From the NCBI GenBank assembly GCA_030674475.1, contig JAUSCZ010000017.1, positions 110,755 through 174,754 of the forward strand: a stretch of 64,000 nucleotides of DNA, written 5' to 3'. The position numbers and the translations under genes were made by a program. Origin of the DNA: Candidatus Omnitrophota bacterium. Lineage in GTDB: Bacteria; Omnitrophota; Gorgyraeia; Gygaellales; UBA12090. Under the pieces are notes generated by a model. That model was not told where the DNA came from. It saw only the letters and a program-made list of their open reading frames with translations, and did no database searches. Shown here in pieces: positions 38,053 through 48,262 of the stretch (positions within the stretch are counted from its first letter, which is position 1; each line of letters starts with the position of its first letter).

Positions 38053-39222
38053 TTAATCCTGAACGACCTTCAGGAAGCGTCTGCTTCCGGCCTTGATAAT
38101 CCCGGAGACGGAAACCAGAAAGTTTTCGTCGGTTATTTTTTGCTCATTAAGGCTTACCGCGCCCTGCTGGATAAGCCGGCGGGCTTCGTTTCGGGATTTG
38201 ACTAAATTACTTAGGTGTAAAAGCTCAAGGATTTTAATCGGCTGATTTATTTTGTATTCAGGAATATCCGAAGGTGCTTCTCTGCTTTTAAAAACCTTAG
38301 AGAATTCATCTTTCGCCTTTAAGGCCTCGGATGGGCCGTGGTATTGGCTGACCAATAAAGAGGCTAATCTTTCCTTGGCCTCTTTAGGGTGCGCGGCCCT
38401 CACTTGCCCCAAGTCTTCATCAGTAAGCAGTTCATAATACCTATACATCAACTCATCGCTTATGGACATCACCTTGCCGAAGATTTGACTTGGGCCTTCG
38501 CTTATCCCGATATAATTGCCTAAGGACTTACTCATCTTATTGACTCCGTCGGTGCCTTCCAATAAAGGAAGCATTATCACCACCTGCTCCGGCTGGCCAA
38601 AGTCGCGTTGAAGCTCCCTTCCTAAAAGCAGATTAAACTTTTGGTCTGTCCCGCCCAGTTCCACATCCGCTCTTAAATGCACCGAATCATAGGCCTGCAG
38701 AAGAGGATAAATAAACTCACTGGTTCGGATATCTATGTTTTGCTTAATGCGTTTTTTAAAATCCGCCCGGGCTAAGATCTGGGAGGCTGTTGAATGTTTA
38801 AGTAATTCAAACACATCATAAATAGACATCTTGGAAAACCAATCATTATTGAAGACTACTTCGGTTTTAGCGGGGTCCAGGATTTTATACACCTGGGATT
38901 TGTAGGTTGAGGCGTTTTTTTTGATCTCCTCATCGGACATCGGGGGGCGGGACTTATTTTGACCGGTAGGATCCCCTATCCGGGCGGTAAAATCGCCGAT
39001 AAGGAATATGACGGTGTGGCCTAAATCCTGGAATTGACGCAGTTTTCTTAAGAGGACAGTGTGGCCTAAGTGCAGGTCGGGGGCGGTAGGATCAAAGCCG
39101 GCCTTTATTTTCAAAGGCCGGCTTTCTTTAACGCTTACTTCAAGCTTATGTTTTAGCTCTTCTATACTGATTATCTCGGAGGTGCCGCGTTTTATTCCAG
39201 CCAACTGGCCCAAGACATCCAT
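38053..39222 (-). CDS. tyrS: Tyrosine--tRNA ligase.
   Basis: The HIGH motif is [15 protein letters not shown] is present. There is a C-terminal S4-like domain. Confidence 0.85.
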   Translation of the reverse strand: MDVLGQLAGIKRGTSEIISIEELKHKLEVSVKESRPLKIKAGFDPTAPDLHLGHTVLLRKLRQFQDLGHTVIFLIGDFTARIGDPTGQNKSRPPMSDEEIKKNASTYKSQVYKILDPAKTEVVFNNDWFSKMSIYDVFELLKHSTASQILARADFKKRIKQNIDIRTSEFIYPLLQAYDSVHLRADVELGGTDQKFNLLLGRELQRDFGQPEQVVIMLPLLEGTDGVNKMSKSLGNYIGISEGPSQIFGKVMSISDELMYRYYELLTDEDLGQVRAAHPKEAKERLASLLVSQYHGPSEALKAKDEFSKVFKSREAPSDIPEYKINQPIKILELLHLSNLVKSRNEARRLIQQGAVSLNEQKITDENFLVSVSGIIKAGSRRFLKVVQD

Positions 39223-39223
39223 T

Positions 39224-40768
39224 TTAAATCTTGGCGGATAAACCTATCTTTGCCTGCTCGACATCAACCTTGATAACCTTGGCTTTTATTACATCGGAAG
39301 GCTTTAATTTATCGGCAATCTCTTTATCTATCTCGCTGGCATAGATAAGCCCCTCAAGATTATCATCTATCTTTACAAAAACTCCGAAAGAAGCCTGTTG
39401 CACCACCTGGGTTTCTATCACCGTATCCAAGGGATACTTTTTGGCAATCTCCGCCCAAGGGTTAGGCTCCAGCTGTTTCAAGCCTAAAGATATCCTGCGG
39501 TTTTGTCCGTCAACAGAAAGCACGGTTACCTCCACCTTTTGGCCTTTTTTCAGGACATCCTGTGGGTGGGCCACCCTCTTGGTCCAGGACATATCCGAGA
39601 CATGAATCATCCCTTCCAGGTTATTATCCAATTCCACAAACGCGCCGTAATCGGTAAAACCTCTCACCTTGCCGCTCACCTTGGAGCCGGCCGGATATTT
39701 AGCCTCAGCCTCAAGCCAGGGATTAACCTCTAATTGTTTCACGCTTAAGGAAATCCTGCGGGCGTCTTTATCTATGCTTAGTATCTGCACCTCCAGGATA
39801 TCTCCCACGGCAAAGATGCTTTGCAGATTAGTTACCCGCTTGGCCCAGGAAATCTCCGAGACATGGATAAGCCCTTCAATTCCCTTCTCCAGTTCAACAA
39901 ACACTCCGTAAGGGAGAATATTTACCACTTTACCTTTTACCTTAGAGCCGACTAAATGTTTATTCGCTATCTCCAGCCAGGGATCCTGGAGCCTCTGCTT
40001 AAGCCCTAAAGAAACTTTACCTTCCTTGCGGTCAAGATTCAGGACCATTACCTCTATCCTATCGCCTACTGCTACTGCCTCCGAGGGATGGCTGATTTTG
40101 GACCAGCTCATATCGGTAATATGCAAAAGCCCGTCCACTCCGCCTAAATCTATAAACGCCCCGAAATCAGTAACGCTCTTTACCAGGCCATTTTTGATAT
40201 CGCCTATCTTTAAAGACGTCCAGAGCTTCTCGCGGCTTTCTTCCTTCTCCTTATACACGGCATCCTTACGCGAGATAATTACGCTATGGCGCAAATTATT
40301 CATCTTAACCATTTTGAACTTAAACTGCTTGTTCATTATCTCATTATCCGACATATTCCGGAAGCTGGATAAAGAAACCGGCAGGAAACCTTCAATGCCT
40401 AACACATCAACCAGATAACCGCCTTTTATCTTCCTTCTTATCGTGCCTTCCACTAAATCGCCTTCGCGGAAATTGCGCCCGATTTTATCCCAGCCCTGCA
40501 CCTTGGCCGCTTTTTCCTTAGAGAGAGTAAGCATTCCCGCGTCATTCTCCACGGATTCCACATACACGTCTACCTCTCTACCCACCTCAAGCTCGTTGCG
40601 GGAAAACTCCATCAAGGGTATAATCCCCTCAGACTTATATCCGATGTCAATCATCACCTCTTTTAAGCCGATAGAGATAATTTTACCCTTAACCACCTGA
40701 CCTTCTTTAATCGCCTTAAAATTCTCCTGGTAAAGCTTCTCAAAATCCATCATCTTCTCTTCAACCAT
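39224..40768 (-). CDS. rpsA: 30S ribosomal protein S1.
   Basis: Multiple S1 repeats are present (GxVxG...FGAFV motifs repeated at least four times). Confidence 0.85.
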   Translation of the reverse strand: MVEEKMMDFEKLYQENFKAIKEGQVVKGKIISIGLKEVMIDIGYKSEGIIPLMEFSRNELEVGREVDVYVESVENDAGMLTLSKEKAAKVQGWDKIGRNFREGDLVEGTIRRKIKGGYLVDVLGIEGFLPVSLSSFRNMSDNEIMNKQFKFKMVKMNNLRHSVIISRKDAVYKEKEESREKLWTSLKIGDIKNGLVKSVTDFGAFIDLGGVDGLLHITDMSWSKISHPSEAVAVGDRIEVMVLNLDRKEGKVSLGLKQRLQDPWLEIANKHLVGSKVKGKVVNILPYGVFVELEKGIEGLIHVSEISWAKRVTNLQSIFAVGDILEVQILSIDKDARRISLSVKQLEVNPWLEAEAKYPAGSKVSGKVRGFTDYGAFVELDNNLEGMIHVSDMSWTKRVAHPQDVLKKGQKVEVTVLSVDGQNRRISLGLKQLEPNPWAEIAKKYPLDTVIETQVVQQASFGVFVKIDDNLEGLIYASEIDKEIADKLKPSDVIKAKVIKVDVEQAKIGLSAKI

Positions 40769-40807
40769 TAAACGCCACTCTCCTTTTTTTTATTTTAATT
40801 TTATATA

Positions 40808-40975
40808 GTTACCACTGAAAAAGTGGTAACTACTGGGGGATTTTAAGGGGGTTGCAGGCAACCCCCTTAAGGGGTAACAGTGAGTTCCGACAGAGTCGGA
40901 ACGAACGCCATAGGGGCGTGAGCCCCTTTGGAAACGATTACCGCGGAAAAACAAGAGTTTTTCAGTGGTAATCGT
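40808..40975. other. Densely structured intergenic region with at least five consecutive perfect hairpins; candidate rpsA 5' leader or small RNA.
   Basis: Hairpins: GTTACCACT-GAAAA-AGTGGTAAC; AAGGGGGTTGC-AG-GCAACCCCCTT; GTTCCGAC-AGA-GTCGGAAC; GGGGC-GTGA-GCCCC; AACGATTACC-N24-GGTAATCGTT. Confidence 0.3.
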
Positions 40976-41002
40976 TATATTATCCCTCTAAATCTGTTAT
41001 TG

Positions 41003-41596
41003 TCAACAAGAATCGCTTAAACCCTGTATCTGCCCCACAACTTCCCGGGCTACAACTTCATAATCCCGTCTATTCCCTACATCTACCGGCCTTCCAAAAA
41101 TCACCCTTATCTTTACCGGCTTAATAAACCTGCTTCCCTTGCCCCAGGCCTTCCAGGAGCCCGAAATCCAAACCGGGATTATGGGAACTCTTGCCTTGGC
41201 CGCCAGCATAACAAAACCGCTGGTAATATCGCGGATATTTCCGTCTTGACTGCGGGTCCCTTCCGGAAACACCAAAAGGCCGGCATTATTTTTCAGCCGG
41301 CGCACCGACTCCTTAACCGCGGACAAGTCAGCTGACCAGCGCTTAATCGGAAAAGAACCCACCTCGGCAATAAGCCAGCCAAATAATTTATTCCGAAAAA
41401 GGCTCTCCCGGGCGGCAAAATTCAAAACCCGCGGACAGGCGGTGCCCACCAGAATCGGGTCAAGAAAGCTGGCGTGATTAGAAGCCAGGACAAATCCGCC
41501 TTTCTTGGGGATAAAACCTTTGCCTCGGACCTCTAAATGAAAAAACAGCTTACATGACCAGATCAAGAAAAACCTGAAAAACCGATACAAAAACAT
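41003..41596 (-). CDS. plsC: 1-acyl-sn-glycerol-3-phosphate acyltransferase.
   Basis: The HX4D motif is NHASFLD. The PEGTR motif is FPEGTRS. Confidence 0.7.
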   Translation of the reverse strand: MFLYRFFRFFLIWSCKLFFHLEVRGKGFIPKKGGFVLASNHASFLDPILVGTACPRVLNFAARESLFRNKLFGWLIAEVGSFPIKRWSADLSAVKESVRRLKNNAGLLVFPEGTRSQDGNIRDITSGFVMLAAKARVPIIPVWISGSWKAWGKGSRFIKPVKIRVIFGRPVDVGNRRDYEVVAREVVGQIQGLSDSC

Positions 41597-42972
41597 TACT
41601 GCAATTTATGGATGATCTCGCGGCCTAGCTTCAACAGGCCGCTTGAGCGCTTAAGGGTTCTTGCCTCACTATATAAACGCATCACGGCCTCGGTTCCTGA
41701 GGCCCGAAACATCAGCCAGCTTTCATCCTCACAAACCAGTTTTATCCCGTCGTAGTCTTTCACCTGGACCACCTTTTTTCCCAGCAGTTCACCGGGGAGG
41801 TCTTCCTTCTTCGGCTCTATCCTTTTCTCAAGATGCAAATCATCCCTAAGATAATAATACCTGCCGAACTGCCTTTCCATCTCTTGAAGTATCTTTAGGA
41901 TAGGCTTACCACGAAAGGCCATCATTTCTAAAAGCAAGAGCCCGGCTACTGAGCCGTCGCGCTCCGGGATATAGCCTTTAACCCCCATCCCGCCGGCCTC
42001 TTCGCCTCCGGTGAGGATATCCTCCTTTTCCATCAGATTAGAGATGTATTTAAAACCCACCGGGGTCTCATAAAGCTTGACCCCAAGAAACCCGGCAATA
42101 TTATCTATCATTGTAGTCCCGGCAGTAGTCTTGACAATGCCGCCACTCCATTTTCTGTCCTGATTTAGATGTAAGGCCAACAACCCAAGTATTTTCTGGG
42201 GATGAATATAGCTCCCGTCTCCGGAGACCGCGGCCAGGCGGTCGGCATCTCCGTCCAAGGCAATCCCTAAGTCAAATTTACCCTCTCTTACCCTCTTCTT
42301 TAACTCCCCTAAATTTTCCTCTAATGGCTCAGGCTGATGGCCTCCAAAAGAAGGATTGACGCTGCTACGGATAAACTCCAGCCGTATCTTAGACCCCTTC
42401 AATACCTCGGCGATAAAGCTGTCTCCAGAACCAAACATCGAATCCACTAAAACCTTAAAATTCTTATTCTTTATACTCTTAAAATCAATGTAGGAACGGA
42501 TAAATTTTACATACTCCTTGCTCAAATCTTCGGTTATAATTTTATCCTTGGCTCGCGAAAAACACTTAACCGGAGATTTTCCCAGATAACTCTCCACCTT
42601 CCGGGTAACTTCCGGGCCGGCCGCTCCTCCGCTGGTAGTCTTGATTTTAAAGCCGTTATACGCGGCCGGGTTATGCGAGGCGGTTATCATAACCCCCAAA
42701 TCCAGCTTTCCGGCTCTTACCGCCAGGCTTACCGCCGGGGTGGGTATGGCCCGGTCCGAAAGCACTACGGATATGCCGTTACTGGCAAAGACCTCCGCCG
42801 AGGCCTGAGCGAATTCCTTGGAAAGAAAACGGGTATCGTAACCCACCGCTATCTTTTTTCCCTCGCCTAAATAATCCGCCACCGCCTGACTGACTATCTT
42901 AAGGTTTTCAAAGGTATAATCCTGAGCAATAATGCCCCGCCAGCCATCGGTTCCAAATTTTATATTAAGCAT
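41596..42972 (-). CDS. Phosphoglucomutase/phosphomannomutase (alpha-D-phosphohexomutase).
   Basis: The active-site Ser loop is TASHNP. GGEEAGG and GDGDADR are present. Confidence 0.8.
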   Translation of the reverse strand: MLNIKFGTDGWRGIIAQDYTFENLKIVSQAVADYLGEGKKIAVGYDTRFLSKEFAQASAEVFASNGISVVLSDRAIPTPAVSLAVRAGKLDLGVMITASHNPAAYNGFKIKTTSGGAAGPEVTRKVESYLGKSPVKCFSRAKDKIITEDLSKEYVKFIRSYIDFKSIKNKNFKVLVDSMFGSGDSFIAEVLKGSKIRLEFIRSSVNPSFGGHQPEPLEENLGELKKRVREGKFDLGIALDGDADRLAAVSGDGSYIHPQKILGLLALHLNQDRKWSGGIVKTTAGTTMIDNIAGFLGVKLYETPVGFKYISNLMEKEDILTGGEEAGGMGVKGYIPERDGSVAGLLLLEMMAFRGKPILKILQEMERQFGRYYYLRDDLHLEKRIEPKKEDLPGELLGKKVVQVKDYDGIKLVCEDESWLMFRASGTEAVMRLYSEARTLKRSSGLLKLGREIIHKLQ

Positions 42973-43606
42973 TTCTTAGCTCCTCTATCGCTGATTGCTT
43001 ATCTTTGGCCTTAAAAATATATGTCCCGCAGGCCAGTATATTCGCCCCCGCCTTAACTGCCAATTTAGAATTATCCCCGTCTATCCCTCCGTCAACGGCT
43101 ATATCCCCGGGATAAAAAGAGCGAATCTGAGAAATCTTAGGCAGTACCTCTGCCATAAATTTCTGCCCCCCGAAGCCGGGCTGGACCGTCATCACTAAAA
43201 CCATATCCGAAAACTTAGAGACATTTTTTATGGCGCCGGGTTCGGTTTCCGGATTAAGGGATATGGCTATTTTAATTCCTTGCTGACGCAATCTTTTGGC
43301 CGCGGTAATAAAATCCTTCTCCTTTATTGTCTCAATATGTAAGGTAACAATATTAGCGCCGGCCTGAATAAAGCTATCAATATACTTAAGCGGCTCACTG
43401 ACCATTAGGTGGGCCTCAAACGGAAGCTCGCTGTAGGGCCTGATAGCCTTGACCACTGCCGGGCCGATGGTGATATTGGGTACAAAATGCCCATCCATTA
43501 TATCAATATGCAGGAAATCTATCTTGTATCGGCTGATGTCTTTGACTTCCTGGCCTAATTTAGAGAAATCCGCGGATAAGATGGAAGGAGCGATTTTGAT
43601 GTTCAT
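42965..43606 (-). CDS. rpe: Ribulose-phosphate 3-epimerase.
   Basis: Motifs HIDIMDGHFVPN and VMTVQPGFGGQKF are present. Confidence 0.8.
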   Translation of the reverse strand: MNIKIAPSILSADFSKLGQEVKDISRYKIDFLHIDIMDGHFVPNITIGPAVVKAIRPYSELPFEAHLMVSEPLKYIDSFIQAGANIVTLHIETIKEKDFITAAKRLRQQGIKIAISLNPETEPGAIKNVSKFSDMVLVMTVQPGFGGQKFMAEVLPKISQIRSFYPGDIAVDGGIDGDNSKLAVKAGANILACGTYIFKAKDKQSAIEELRNA

Positions 43607-43707
43607 TTTTTAGCTCTCAGCTGTCTGCTGTCTGCTTTCTGCTTGCGCCGTAGGCGCATCCGCCTGCGGCGGAGAAAGCCGAATGCGGAAAGCTGACAGC
43701 TGAAAGC

Positions 43708-44307
43708 TTATTTATAGAATCCGTTTTTTACAATATAACTATACACTTCCTTAGGCAAATAATAGCGTGTGGACTCACCCGCCTTAAGGCGCTGGCGCAG
43801 CCTAAAACCTGAGATATCTACAGACTCAATTGCCACGGGAAGGACATTTTTGGGCAGGTTCTTTAGAGGATAATTAGGACGCAAGGCCACCACCAGCTTT
43901 GCCAGCTTCATCACCTGATCAATATCCTTCCAACTGCTTAAGTAACCCAAGGCGTCCGAACCCACAATAAAAAAAAATTTATCCCGCGCCGGATATTTCT
44001 CCCGCAGGCTCCTTAAGGTATCTATAGTATAAGATTTGCCTTGGCGTTTAACCTCAATATCCGAGGCCTCAAAACAGGGATTGCTTTTAAGTGCCATCCG
44101 GACCATCTTTAATCTCTCAGAGGCGTAAAGCAAGTCCTTCTCTTCCTTATGCGCCGCCAGATAAAGAGGAATAAAGATAATTTTATCTAACTTTAGCTTC
44201 TCCCGGACCTCATCAGCCAAAATCAGATGGCCGATATGGATAGGATTAAAACTTCCCCCTAATATGCCGATTTTCATCTTAAAATAAATTGCGCACCCTT
44301 CTTGCAC
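43708..44307 (-). CDS. nadD: Nicotinate-nucleotide adenylyltransferase.
   Basis: GGSFNPIHIGHL is the (H/T)xGH motif. Confidence 0.8.
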   Translation of the reverse strand: MQEGCAIYFKMKIGILGGSFNPIHIGHLILADEVREKLKLDKIIFIPLYLAAHKEEKDLLYASERLKMVRMALKSNPCFEASDIEVKRQGKSYTIDTLRSLREKYPARDKFFFIVGSDALGYLSSWKDIDQVMKLAKLVVALRPNYPLKNLPKNVLPVAIESVDISGFRLRQRLKAGESTRYYLPKEVYSYIVKNGFYK

Positions 44308-44326
44308 CTACGAGGTGCAGGAAAGG

Positions 44327-45568
44327 TTAGTGGCGGATTTGCCCGCTGCCGAAAATCATATATTTATAACTGGTCAGCTCTTGTAAGGCCATCGGGCCGC
44401 GGGCGTGGAGCTTATCGGTAGAAATGCCTATCTCCGCGCCCATGCCGAATTCGTATCCGTCGGTAAAACGGGTTGAGGCGTTCACATACACGCAGGCCGA
44501 ATCCACTTTATTCAGGAACTCGCGGGCATTATTATAATTCTCGGTAATAATACTATCGGAATGATGCGATCCGTAATGATTTATACGCGTGATTGCCTCA
44601 TCCAGGCTGTCTACCACTTTTATTGATAAAATAAGGTCAAGATACTCCGTGGACCAATCCAGCTCTTTGGCCTTTTTTATCCCGTGGGCTAACTTTACAG
44701 TTTTATCACAGCCGCGGATCTCTACCCCGGCCTGCGTATATCTTTTAATCATTTCCGGCAGGAAATCACAGGAGGCCTCATTATGCACCAGAAGGGTTTC
44801 CATGGCGTTACATACCCCCGGCCTTTGCACCTTGGCGTTAAAACAGATATCCTCTGCCATTTTTAAATCCGCGTATCTATCCACATAGGTATGACAAACT
44901 CCCTTATAATGCTTAATCACCGGAATCTTGGAATACTTCTGGACAAAACTAATCAGCCCTTCGCCTCCCCGGGGAATAACCAAATCTATGGAATCGGATA
45001 AACCTAAAAGTTCAGTTAAGGCCTTACGCTCCACGGTGTCCACAAAATTTATTGCTTCAGCGGGAAGGCCGGATTCAACAGCCGCATTCTTTAAGATATG
45101 ATAAATTACCCTATTGGTATTGATAGCCTCTGAGCCCCCTTTAAGAATACAGGCATTGCCGGATTTTAAACACAACCCGATGCAATCGCTGGTGACATTG
45201 GGCCGCGACTCGTAAATTATGGCCACCACTCCGATAGGAACTCTGACCTTTTGGATCCAAAGCCCGTTTGGCCTTAAGGCGCCCTCAATCACCTCACCCA
45301 CCGGATCCTTAAGCCCGGCCACTGCTAAAAGAGAATCCGCCATCAGCTTTATCCGCTGTTCATTCAAGCTCAAACGCTCTCGCGCCGCCTTAGGCAAATC
45401 CTGAGCTTTAACCAAATCTTGTTTATTGGCTGAAAGTATTTCCTTGGTTTTAGCTTTAAGCGAGCCGGCCATCCTCACTAAGGCCTTATTCTTTATCACG
45501 CCAGATAAAACCGCCAGTTCATAAGATGCTGTTTTTGCCGCTTTAGCCTGCTCTTTTATGTTTCGCAT
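44327..45568 (-). CDS. proA: Glutamate-5-semialdehyde dehydrogenase.
   Basis: It belongs to the aldehyde dehydrogenase fold and lies immediately downstream of proB. Confidence 0.85.
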   Translation of the reverse strand: MRNIKEQAKAAKTASYELAVLSGVIKNKALVRMAGSLKAKTKEILSANKQDLVKAQDLPKAARERLSLNEQRIKLMADSLLAVAGLKDPVGEVIEGALRPNGLWIQKVRVPIGVVAIIYESRPNVTSDCIGLCLKSGNACILKGGSEAINTNRVIYHILKNAAVESGLPAEAINFVDTVERKALTELLGLSDSIDLVIPRGGEGLISFVQKYSKIPVIKHYKGVCHTYVDRYADLKMAEDICFNAKVQRPGVCNAMETLLVHNEASCDFLPEMIKRYTQAGVEIRGCDKTVKLAHGIKKAKELDWSTEYLDLILSIKVVDSLDEAITRINHYGSHHSDSIITENYNNAREFLNKVDSACVYVNASTRFTDGYEFGMGAEIGISTDKLHARGPMALQELTSYKYMIFGSGQIRH

Positions 45569-45570
45569 TT

Positions 45571-46638
45571 TTAAAGTATCACCAAATCATCCCGGTGGAT
45601 AACTTCTTCTTCCAGGCGCCGGCCTTTTAAGCGCCTTAAATCCTTGGCTGAAAAATTCACCTTTCCCCGGGCAAATTCGTTGCGGTCTTTATCTGCGATA
45701 CTGACGGTATCATCCGCCTTGAAATCCCCTTCTATTTCCTCTATTCCTACCGAAAGCAGGCTCTTTCCGGCTTCAACCAGGGCTTTTTTTGCCCCGGAAT
45801 CCACAATAAGCCTTCCCCTTGTTCTCACCCCATAAGCAATCCAGGATTTCTTCGCCTTAAGACAAGGCTTATGAGGGGCGAAAAATGTGCCTATTTTTTC
45901 CCCGTAAACTGATTTCAACAAGCTGTCTTTAGCCCGGCCATTGGCAATAATCGCGGGTACACCAGCGCCGCAGGCAATCTTTATCGCCTCAAGCTTGCTG
46001 GACATCCCCCCCACGCAGCCCGGCTTGTCCGTCTTACAGCAAAAATTAGTTATTTCCGGAGTGATCTCATCCACCCTCTCAATAACCTGTTTTTCCGGCA
46101 GACGGTATAAGCCGTCCACATCGGATAAAATTAATAGCAAATCCGCCCCAATCAAATTAGCCACCATAGCCGAAAGCCGGTCATTGTCGCCGAAACGGAT
46201 TTCGTCGGTGGATACGGTATCGTTCTCGTTGATAACCGGAAGCGCTTTATTTTTTAACAATGTCCTCAGGGTGGCGCGGACATTAAGATAGCGATTTCTA
46301 TTTTCAAAATCATCCCAGGTAAGCAGCAGCTGAGCGCAAAGACGATTCTTTTCCTTAAGCAGGCGCCGGTATATGGCCATCAGCTCATTCTGGCCGATAG
46401 CCGCCGCGGCCTGAAGGCTGTCCATATCCCGGGGGCGTTCCTTTAAATTCAACAAAGACATTCCGCAGGCCACCGCTCCCGATGAAACCAGCACCACTTC
46501 TTTATTATCCAGCCAAAGTTTTTCTATCTGCTCAATCAGCGCCTTAAGATATTTTAGTTCGATCGCGCTTGCCCTGGGGCTGATTAAGCTGGAGCCAACC
46601 TTAACGACAACCCGGGAAAAGCTCTTTCTGGATTGCAT
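45571..46638 (-). CDS. proB: Glutamate 5-kinase (with C-terminal PUA domain).
   Basis: VVKVGSSLI marks the amino-acid kinase fold. A C-terminal PUA region is present. Confidence 0.85.
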   Translation of the reverse strand: MQSRKSFSRVVVKVGSSLISPRASAIELKYLKALIEQIEKLWLDNKEVVLVSSGAVACGMSLLNLKERPRDMDSLQAAAAIGQNELMAIYRRLLKEKNRLCAQLLLTWDDFENRNRYLNVRATLRTLLKNKALPVINENDTVSTDEIRFGDNDRLSAMVANLIGADLLLILSDVDGLYRLPEKQVIERVDEITPEITNFCCKTDKPGCVGGMSSKLEAIKIACGAGVPAIIANGRAKDSLLKSVYGEKIGTFFAPHKPCLKAKKSWIAYGVRTRGRLIVDSGAKKALVEAGKSLLSVGIEEIEGDFKADDTVSIADKDRNEFARGKVNFSAKDLRRLKGRRLEEEVIHRDDLVIL

Positions 46639-47593
46639 TTAACAAAACCTTTAGGCCTTGAGATTCCAAGGCTGAAATGGGAATAATTTTCTTTCTGACC
46701 TTTTTCTTAAAATCCGCCAGGTTCTTTTTGGCCTGGGGTAAATCCATTTTATTGGCTACTAAGATTCTTGGTTTTTTAAAGACCTCATGGCTATAAAATT
46801 TTAATTCATCATTGATGACAAAATAATCGTCCAAGGGGCTTCTTCCGTCTACACCGGCCATATCTATCATATGGACAATAACCTTAGTCCTCTCGATATG
46901 GCGCAGAAACCTATCCCCTAAGCCTTTTCCCAGGTGCGAATCCTTGATCAATCCGGGGATATCAGCAATAGAAAAAAAGGCTTCTTCGTTGATAGTAACT
47001 GTTCCTAAAGCCGGCTTTTTGGTGGTAAAAGGATAATTGGCAATTTCAGGATGGGCATTGGATATTTTAGAGATTAAGGTAGATTTTCCGCTGTTGGGAA
47101 AACCCGCCAGGCCAACATCGGCAATCAGCTTTAGGTCTAATGTTACTATCCTTTCTTCACCCGGAGCTCCCGGAAAATCATCCTCGCTCTTAGCATGCAC
47201 GCTCCCCTTGCCCCCGGGTCCGCCATAAGCCGCGATAAATTCTTCCCGGTCGCTCACCAATTCCCTTAAACGGCAGTTGGTCTGGGCATCGGTAATCAGG
47301 GTTCCGCAAGGCACGGTTATAACCAGGCTTTCGGCATCAAAGCCTTTTTTGCGGTTAGAAGAGGCGTTGCCGCCGCGAAGCGCGCTAAAATGCTGGCGGT
47401 ATTTAAAGTCATAAAGGGTGAGGAGATTTTTATTCGCGCGAATAACGACATCTCCGCCTTTACCGCCGTCTCCTCCGTCCCGGCGGGGATAGCGGGTATA
47501 CTTATCCCGGTATAAACTATTACAGCCGCCTCCGCCATTACCGGCCTTGATCATAATCCTGGCATTATCAACAAACATAATCAAATCTTTCAA
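46601..47593 (-). CDS. obg: GTPase Obg/CgtA.
   Basis: An N-terminal Gly-rich Obg fold is present. G motifs are GFPNSGKST and DIPGLI. Confidence 0.85.
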   Translation of the reverse strand: MKDLIMFVDNARIMIKAGNGGGGCNSLYRDKYTRYPRRDGGDGGKGGDVVIRANKNLLTLYDFKYRQHFSALRGGNASSNRKKGFDAESLVITVPCGTLITDAQTNCRLRELVSDREEFIAAYGGPGGKGSVHAKSEDDFPGAPGEERIVTLDLKLIADVGLAGFPNSGKSTLISKISNAHPEIANYPFTTKKPALGTVTINEEAFFSIADIPGLIKDSHLGKGLGDRFLRHIERTKVIVHMIDMAGVDGRSPLDDYFVINDELKFYSHEVFKKPRILVANKMDLPQAKKNLADFKKKVRKKIIPISALESQGLKVLLNAIQKELFPGCR

Positions 47594-47654
47594 TGATCAA
47601 TAACCAAGCACCCAAATAACATTGAACACCGAACAAGGAATATCGAATGAAAAA

Positions 47655-47740
47655 GTAGTGGTCAGCGTCCGCTGACCTCAACATAATCTCGTGGTTCGAC
47701 TAGGCTCACCACAAGTTGCCTTACGGCAACCGCTACTTCG
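47655..47740. repeat. Family-2 REP-like double-hairpin element, copy A. It occupies the position where rpmA would be expected between rplU and obg.
   Basis: It has the hairpin GGTCAGCGTCCGCTGACC, then GTTGCCTTAC...GGCAACCGCTACTTC. It shares its core with 48162-48234 (reverse orientation) and 60641-60727. Confidence 0.5.
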
Positions 47741-47802
47741 AAATTCGTTATTCTGTTATTCAATACTTGTTATTTGTCTGCCACAGACAGGGTTATTAAC
47801 CA

Positions 47803-48117
47803 TTACTCAACGGCGATTTCCTTAATCCTCACGACGGCTAACTGCTGACGGTGGCCTTTTAGGGTTTTGCTGTTTTTTCTCCTGCGGAATTTAAAGGATG
47901 TTACTTTTTTAGCTTTGAGGTCACGCAGTTTCTCGGCAATAACCTTTGCTCCCTTTAAATAGGGAAAACCCACCTTGACTTTCTCACCCTCCACGGTTAA
48001 CAAGACATTACTAAATATGATTTCATCTTTAGCCTTACCGTCTAATTTTTCGACCTGGACCACATCGTCTTTTTCCACCTTATACTGTTTACCGCCGGTT
48101 TCAATTATCGCATACAT
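47803..48117 (-). CDS. rplU: 50S ribosomal protein L21.
   Basis: The N-terminus is MYAIIETGGKQYKV... Confidence 0.85.
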   Translation of the reverse strand: MYAIIETGGKQYKVEKDDVVQVEKLDGKAKDEIIFSNVLLTVEGEKVKVGFPYLKGAKVIAEKLRDLKAKKVTSFKFRRRKNSKTLKGHRQQLAVVRIKEIAVE

Positions 48118-48161
48118 TACTTCGCTCCTTTTTGTTTAGTTGCTTCAATTTCAATTTCATA

Positions 48162-48234
48162 CAGCAGCGGTTGCCGCCTGCTCAGCAGGCAGGTAAGGCA
48201 ACGATATTACAGGGTCAACGGAGCTGACCCCTAC
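48162..48234. repeat. Family-2 element copy B (reverse orientation), immediately upstream of rplU.
   Basis: Its reverse complement reads GGGGTCAGCTCCGTTGACCC...GTTGCCTTACCTGCCTGCTGAGCAGGCGGCAACCGCTGCTG. Confidence 0.5.
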
Positions 48235-48262
48235 TATTATTCATATTGCCCATTTCTATTGT

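Noticed and set aside
37942-38205. 87-aa plus-strand ORF near the tyrS 3' end.
   Set aside because: It overlaps the tyrS coding sequence and the terminator hairpins, and has no conserved features.
48118-48262. L21 leader (RF00559-like) upstream of rplU.
   Set aside because: The structured segment is one member of a three-copy repeat family found at unrelated loci and in both orientations.
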